Part shown: positions 59,820 to 64,000 of the stretch, piece by piece | Numbering within the stretch: position 1 is the stretch's first letter | Layout: every line of letters starts with the position of its first letter | NCBI GenBank assembly: GCA_037447605.1 | Contig: CM074805.1 | Coordinates: forward strand, 1,831,361 to 1,895,360 | Direction of reading: 5' to 3' | DNA length: 64,000 nt | DNA from: Zygnema circumcarinatum SAG 698-1b | Lineage: Eukaryota; Plantae; Zygnematophyceae | Program-made: the position numbers and the translations under genes | The notes under the pieces: model-generated | The model's input: the letters and a program-made list of their open reading frames with translations, nothing else | Told to the model about the DNA's origin: nothing | Databases searched by the model: none

Positions 59820-60030
59820 TCAGACATGTGAAATCTGCCAGCCCCAAACTCGTCCACAGCAGGGCCCCTATGAGAGTCACAGCCAGACTGCAACCCTCGA
59901 TATGGCCGATATGGTTTTGTATTGTCGTATCGTATCGTATCGTATTGTTCAGAGGATACAATGACGGCTTGAGATTTTTGTTGTCTAGGTCGTGCGAGTG
60001 GAAGCCGCCTGGCAGCTCCACGGTCCATTT

Positions 60031-60173
60031 GCCACGTGGTCCAATCGCGTTCAAGGTACAGCCTGGACCCGTCACGTCGGCAAACCGCCTTGGCAGCATC
60101 CGCGCGACACGTGGCGGCAGTAGGACTCGCCACGTGGGCGAGAGTGAGCTTGCGCCAAAACTCGCCATGTGGC
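60031..60173 (+). promoter_or_regulatory. G-box/ABRE cluster in the fructokinase promoter
   Basis: CACGTG at 60033, 60108 and 60131, plus CACGTC and GCCATGTGGC variants, 90-230 bp upstream of the ATG. Confidence 0.6.
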
Positions 60174-60264
60174 AGCTCACTCACCCCCCTCCATCCCTCT
60201 CTCCCTCCCACCCTCCCTCCGGTGCCGCTGGAAGCTGAGGGAGAGAGCTCCTGCAAGGGGCGCC

Positions 60265-63200
60265 ATGGCCGCCTTCGCTTTTCCCGGCAGTCTTGCTTTG
60301 CTCGGGGAGGGAGTTACGGATGGCTGTGATGCTCGATTCCTCCACTCCTCGTCGTCATTGCTTCTAGGATTTCGGCATCTGACGACTGAATCTTGGAAGA
60401 GACTGCGCTTCAGGAGTTGTGCGGCAATGCAAGAGACATCGCAGCGGGGAGGGCAGGAAGTGAAACTGTCGCGAGGGCGGAACAAGGGTACAGGTGTGTG
60501 AGCTCGCAGCGTTTGTCAGAAGAGCTCAGGGTTACGCTTATTTTTGTTAGCGTTTTGGAAACTATCTCAGCGAGATTTGAGCGACAATCGCAAGATGAAA
60601 TGTAGGAAAAGCACGTTCCACGATGAGAATCATGAAACCGTAGTACCGCTATCTATCGGTGCGCGTGAGAAATCCTCGGCGGAGGAATTCTCCTTGGGCA
60701 ACGTGCTATGTATTTTCCCTCTGGAGGCGTGGAGAGCAACCGCATGTCAAACGATCCGAAGTTTTCTGTTGTAGAGCTGACTTTTCAAACGAATGGGAAT
60801 TGCTTCCCTTTATCCACTGGCCTAATTGCAGATGATTGCGATGTATATCTGTATTTGCCATCATGGATTCCATTTTTTCTGCTGAAGCTCGCTGCTTCTG
60901 TTTAGGACATTGTGAATTGCTCGTTGTGTTTCGCCTCAGCCACAACCATATTGACCTGCATCGTCTGCTGCTGTTTGATTCTGATTATGAGAATCTGATT
61001 CTCTTGCGTCAGCCATGAACATCAGCAAACATGCCTATGTTCCGTCTGTGTTCTATGCTTCCTGTTTTCAAGATTTGAAAGACAGCTGTCATTGTTGCAT
61101 AAATTCCTTTTCCTTGACCTTCACTGCGTAATGCCCCTCCAAATGTTTCTTGGGAATGTCTCTAACGCGTTGTGGATGCTTCATGCCAGGCCGACTTCTG
61201 GCCAGGTCCGGCATATGTGCGCGTCCATTGAAAGCTCAAAATAGCAATGGAGCGACAGAACCTTCTGATTTGGTAGTGTGTTTCGGAGAGATGTTGATTG
61301 ACTTCGTTCCAACGGTGAATGGAGTGTCTCTTGCGGAGGCTCCTGCCTTTCAAAAAGCCCCTGGTGGTGCACCAGCAAATGTTGCCGTCGGAATTTCCCG
61401 CCTTGGTGGGCGTTCTGCTTTTGTGGGCAAGGTGGGAGTTTCTGAAGCCAGGGTTGGTCTTTCCAATCTTGAGCTTTTTGCTGGTCCCATACGCGTTTTA
61501 CAATTGTAAACAGTAAAATGATCGAAAAGATCTCCTGGTAGCAGCAAGTCTTCTCTCGACGTTTGAGCTAGTAGAATCGTTTTTTTTGTTTTCATTTCAG
61601 TCAATTCGTTAGCGCGCACACGAGCACAGAATTTACTTTAGTAAACGGGTACTTTTCCTTCGGTGCATGCAGGTTGGAGATGATGAGTTTGGGCACATGC
61701 TAGCGGATATTTTGCGAACAAACAATGTGGATACACGTGGTGTTCGCTTTGATGGGGGAGCCCGCACGGCGCTTGCCTTTGTCACTCTGCGCTCTGATGG
61801 CGAACGCGAATTTATGTTTTATCGCAATCCTAGTGCAGACATGCTACTGCAGCCTGAAGAGCTAAATCTCGAGCTTATTTCACAGGTGGAAATGGCTGAA
61901 ATGAAGAGGGGAGCAGTTGGTGGTTGCTGCATGTTCAGTTGAAGTATATGAGACTTCCCTCTGTCTCGTATACTTGCAGTCCCCTCCTGACAATAGAGAT
62001 TCTGCCCTGAAACTCAGCCTCTGATAGGATGGTGGCGGACAGGGCGGCGCCTGCAGGCCCGCATTGCTCACTACGGCTCCATCAGCCTTATTGCAGAGCC
62101 ATGCCGCTCTGCTCATGTAGCTTTCATGGATGCTGCACGAGCTTCTGGTGCCCTACTCTCTTATGATCCAAACTTGCGACTGCCACTTTGGTCCTCTGCT
62201 GATGAGGCTCGCACGGAAATCAGGAGCATATGGAATCAGGCGCAGGTGATTAAGGTGCGCCGTTCTGTTGCTTTCCCTGGAACAACTGAACTATTTTAAA
62301 CGCAATCTGCATTCTTTATTATCTGTTCTCAATTCAGCAATGGGGCTGTGCGGTTTCCAAACAGGTCCGTTTTTGCAATGTGATAGAACGGTGGAGGAGG
62401 GAAGTTTGAATGGTTTGGTAGACCTTGAAGGAATGGTTTGATTTATTGCAGGTAAGTGAGGAGGAGATTACATTCTTGACTGAAGGAGGGGACCCCTACA
62501 GCGATGAGGCAGCCCGAGCTCTTTTCCACGACAACCTTGTCGCCTTGCTGGTCACGGAAGGCAGTGCGGGCTGCCGTTACTACACGCAGGTGATGACTCC
62601 TCCGCAGTCAGAAGAGATCCCTCCTTTTTACAGACTTAGGGGCATTGCTTGCGCCTTTTGCAAGAGTTTGCCACTCTCATGATGGCCTCTATGTTCGGCA
62701 TGTTCATGTTCATTACTACTTTCGATTATCGCATGCAGGAATTTCAAGGCCGTGTTCCAGGCTTCAAGGTGGAAGCAGTGGATACGACCGGAGCAGGTGA
62801 TGCCTTTGTCGCAGGCTTTCTAAAAAAGCTGGCGGAGGACAGGAGCCAATTGAAGGTCAGTGCAAAATCCCATGAATCACAGCAAAATCCTTGTTCATGT
62901 TGGCTTAATGTCTGTACAAATAGTTTGGGACGCCAACGTGTATGATGGAGAGGTTACGGGTTCTACCCCACTGACCGGCGTGGCATCACATCCTAATTAC
63001 TATTTAGGAGAAGCTAAAGCAGTGCAGCGGTATCAAAAGCAATACCTCCGACCAGCCCCCAAGCGTCCCAATTGATCAGTTGCTTGGTATGTCACTCGTT
63101 TTTTGTCAAAGTTTGGACATGATGGAGCCCTCCGGAATACAGTATTTCGCCTTTGCAGTAGGAGCAGTGGTTTTTTGTGAGGCGGAGAAACAGAGCGACG

Positions 63201-63540
63201 TGGTCAGACAGTTATAGAGGAGGAATTGAGAGGTATTCAAAATTCATGTTCTTCACCATCAAGAAGTTCATGCTAATGAGGCTTTTCAAGAACTTGTAGA
63301 AGAAAGCTAGCAGGATAGCAACGCGACCTGTTACATGTATATTATGGAACCTCTGAAAGGTGAACTCTCCTTGACCTGCACGTCAGCTGGGGCTTGAGGG
63401 AACAGGATGAGGGCAAACTGCGAGAAACACTTCAATTTGCGAATGCTTGTGGGGCTCTCGCTACCACAGAGAGAGGGGCGATACCTGCGCTACCTACACC
63501 AGCCAAAGTGGAAACGCTTCTCACAAAAATAGCTGTCTAA
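60265..63540 (+). CDS. FRK: pfkB-family fructokinase with N-terminal transit peptide (probably plastid)
   Basis: [44 protein letters not shown]; [31 protein letters not shown]; [11 protein letters not shown]; [15 protein letters not shown]; [20 protein letters not shown]. Confidence 0.96.
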
Positions 63541-64000
63541 ACACAGCCTTCTGCTAATATCATTCTGATACTTTCCGAGCCATAACTTCCCCCCCTTCTT
63601 GCGAGCAATTACATAGCAATGGCAATAATTGTGCTTTCATTGTGCTTTAATTGTGCTACCAGGGCAGTGATTAGTTTAGGGTGGCTGTCTGTTTACGTGC
63701 ACGTGTGGTTTGTTGTGAGATCCTATGCCCACGCTCATGCTGCAAGTGCGAAACTAAGTTGTGCTACAACAGGAAACTAGCAATTGTGTTTCCCCTTTTC
63801 TGCTTGTTTCTAGCGTTGTTGCTTAATAAGGAACATCATAATACACAAGGCCTTAAAGAATCTCGAAAGAATGTTTACAACAATGTAGGAGATAATTCTA
63901 TTGGGAATTGCACTTGTCTCACAAAAAAATCAACAAATTCAGTCAAATTGTATCCAAAACGCCTTTCCATACGAAATGAACACTACCGGAGGAGCCTTCA

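Noticed and set aside
59458-60256. Overlapping 170-240-aa ORFs between SYD and fructokinase
   Set aside because: Generated by GC-rich promoter sequence and tandem repeats on both strands; no homology evident.

Overview
Gene-dense, intron-rich eukaryotic nuclear DNA. The gene set (PHS, MSL1, FIP1, RIN2, HCF101, SYD, plastid fructokinase) points to a streptophyte, and the compact layout suggests a streptophyte alga or early-diverging plant (inference). Ten recognisable spliced genes, in order: 3' end of an alpha-glucan phosphorylase (+), MscS-like channel (-), FIP1 (+), RIN2-type RING/CUE E3 ligase (+), RBM26/27-like PWI-CCCH-RRM protein (+), HCF101 (-), ATG27/M6P-receptor-like membrane protein (-; missed as a whole by the ORF track), SurE nucleotidase (+), compact SPLAYED-like SNF2 ATPase (+) and fructokinase (+). 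The most striking feature is a perfect (TTAGGG)55 interstitial telomeric array ending 50 bp upstream of the FIP1 ATG, at the position where the next two genes have single telo-boxes. It reads as poly-RV in frame with FIP1 and as poly-LG in an ATG-initiated overlapping ORF. Also found: two MITE-like elements, a candidate orphan spliced gene, two GC-AG introns, a micro-exon carrying most of the Walker A motif, and one assembly gap. No tRNA, rRNA, snRNA, CRISPR array or autonomous transposase was recognised. Exon boundaries were read by eye and some internal ones are approximate.
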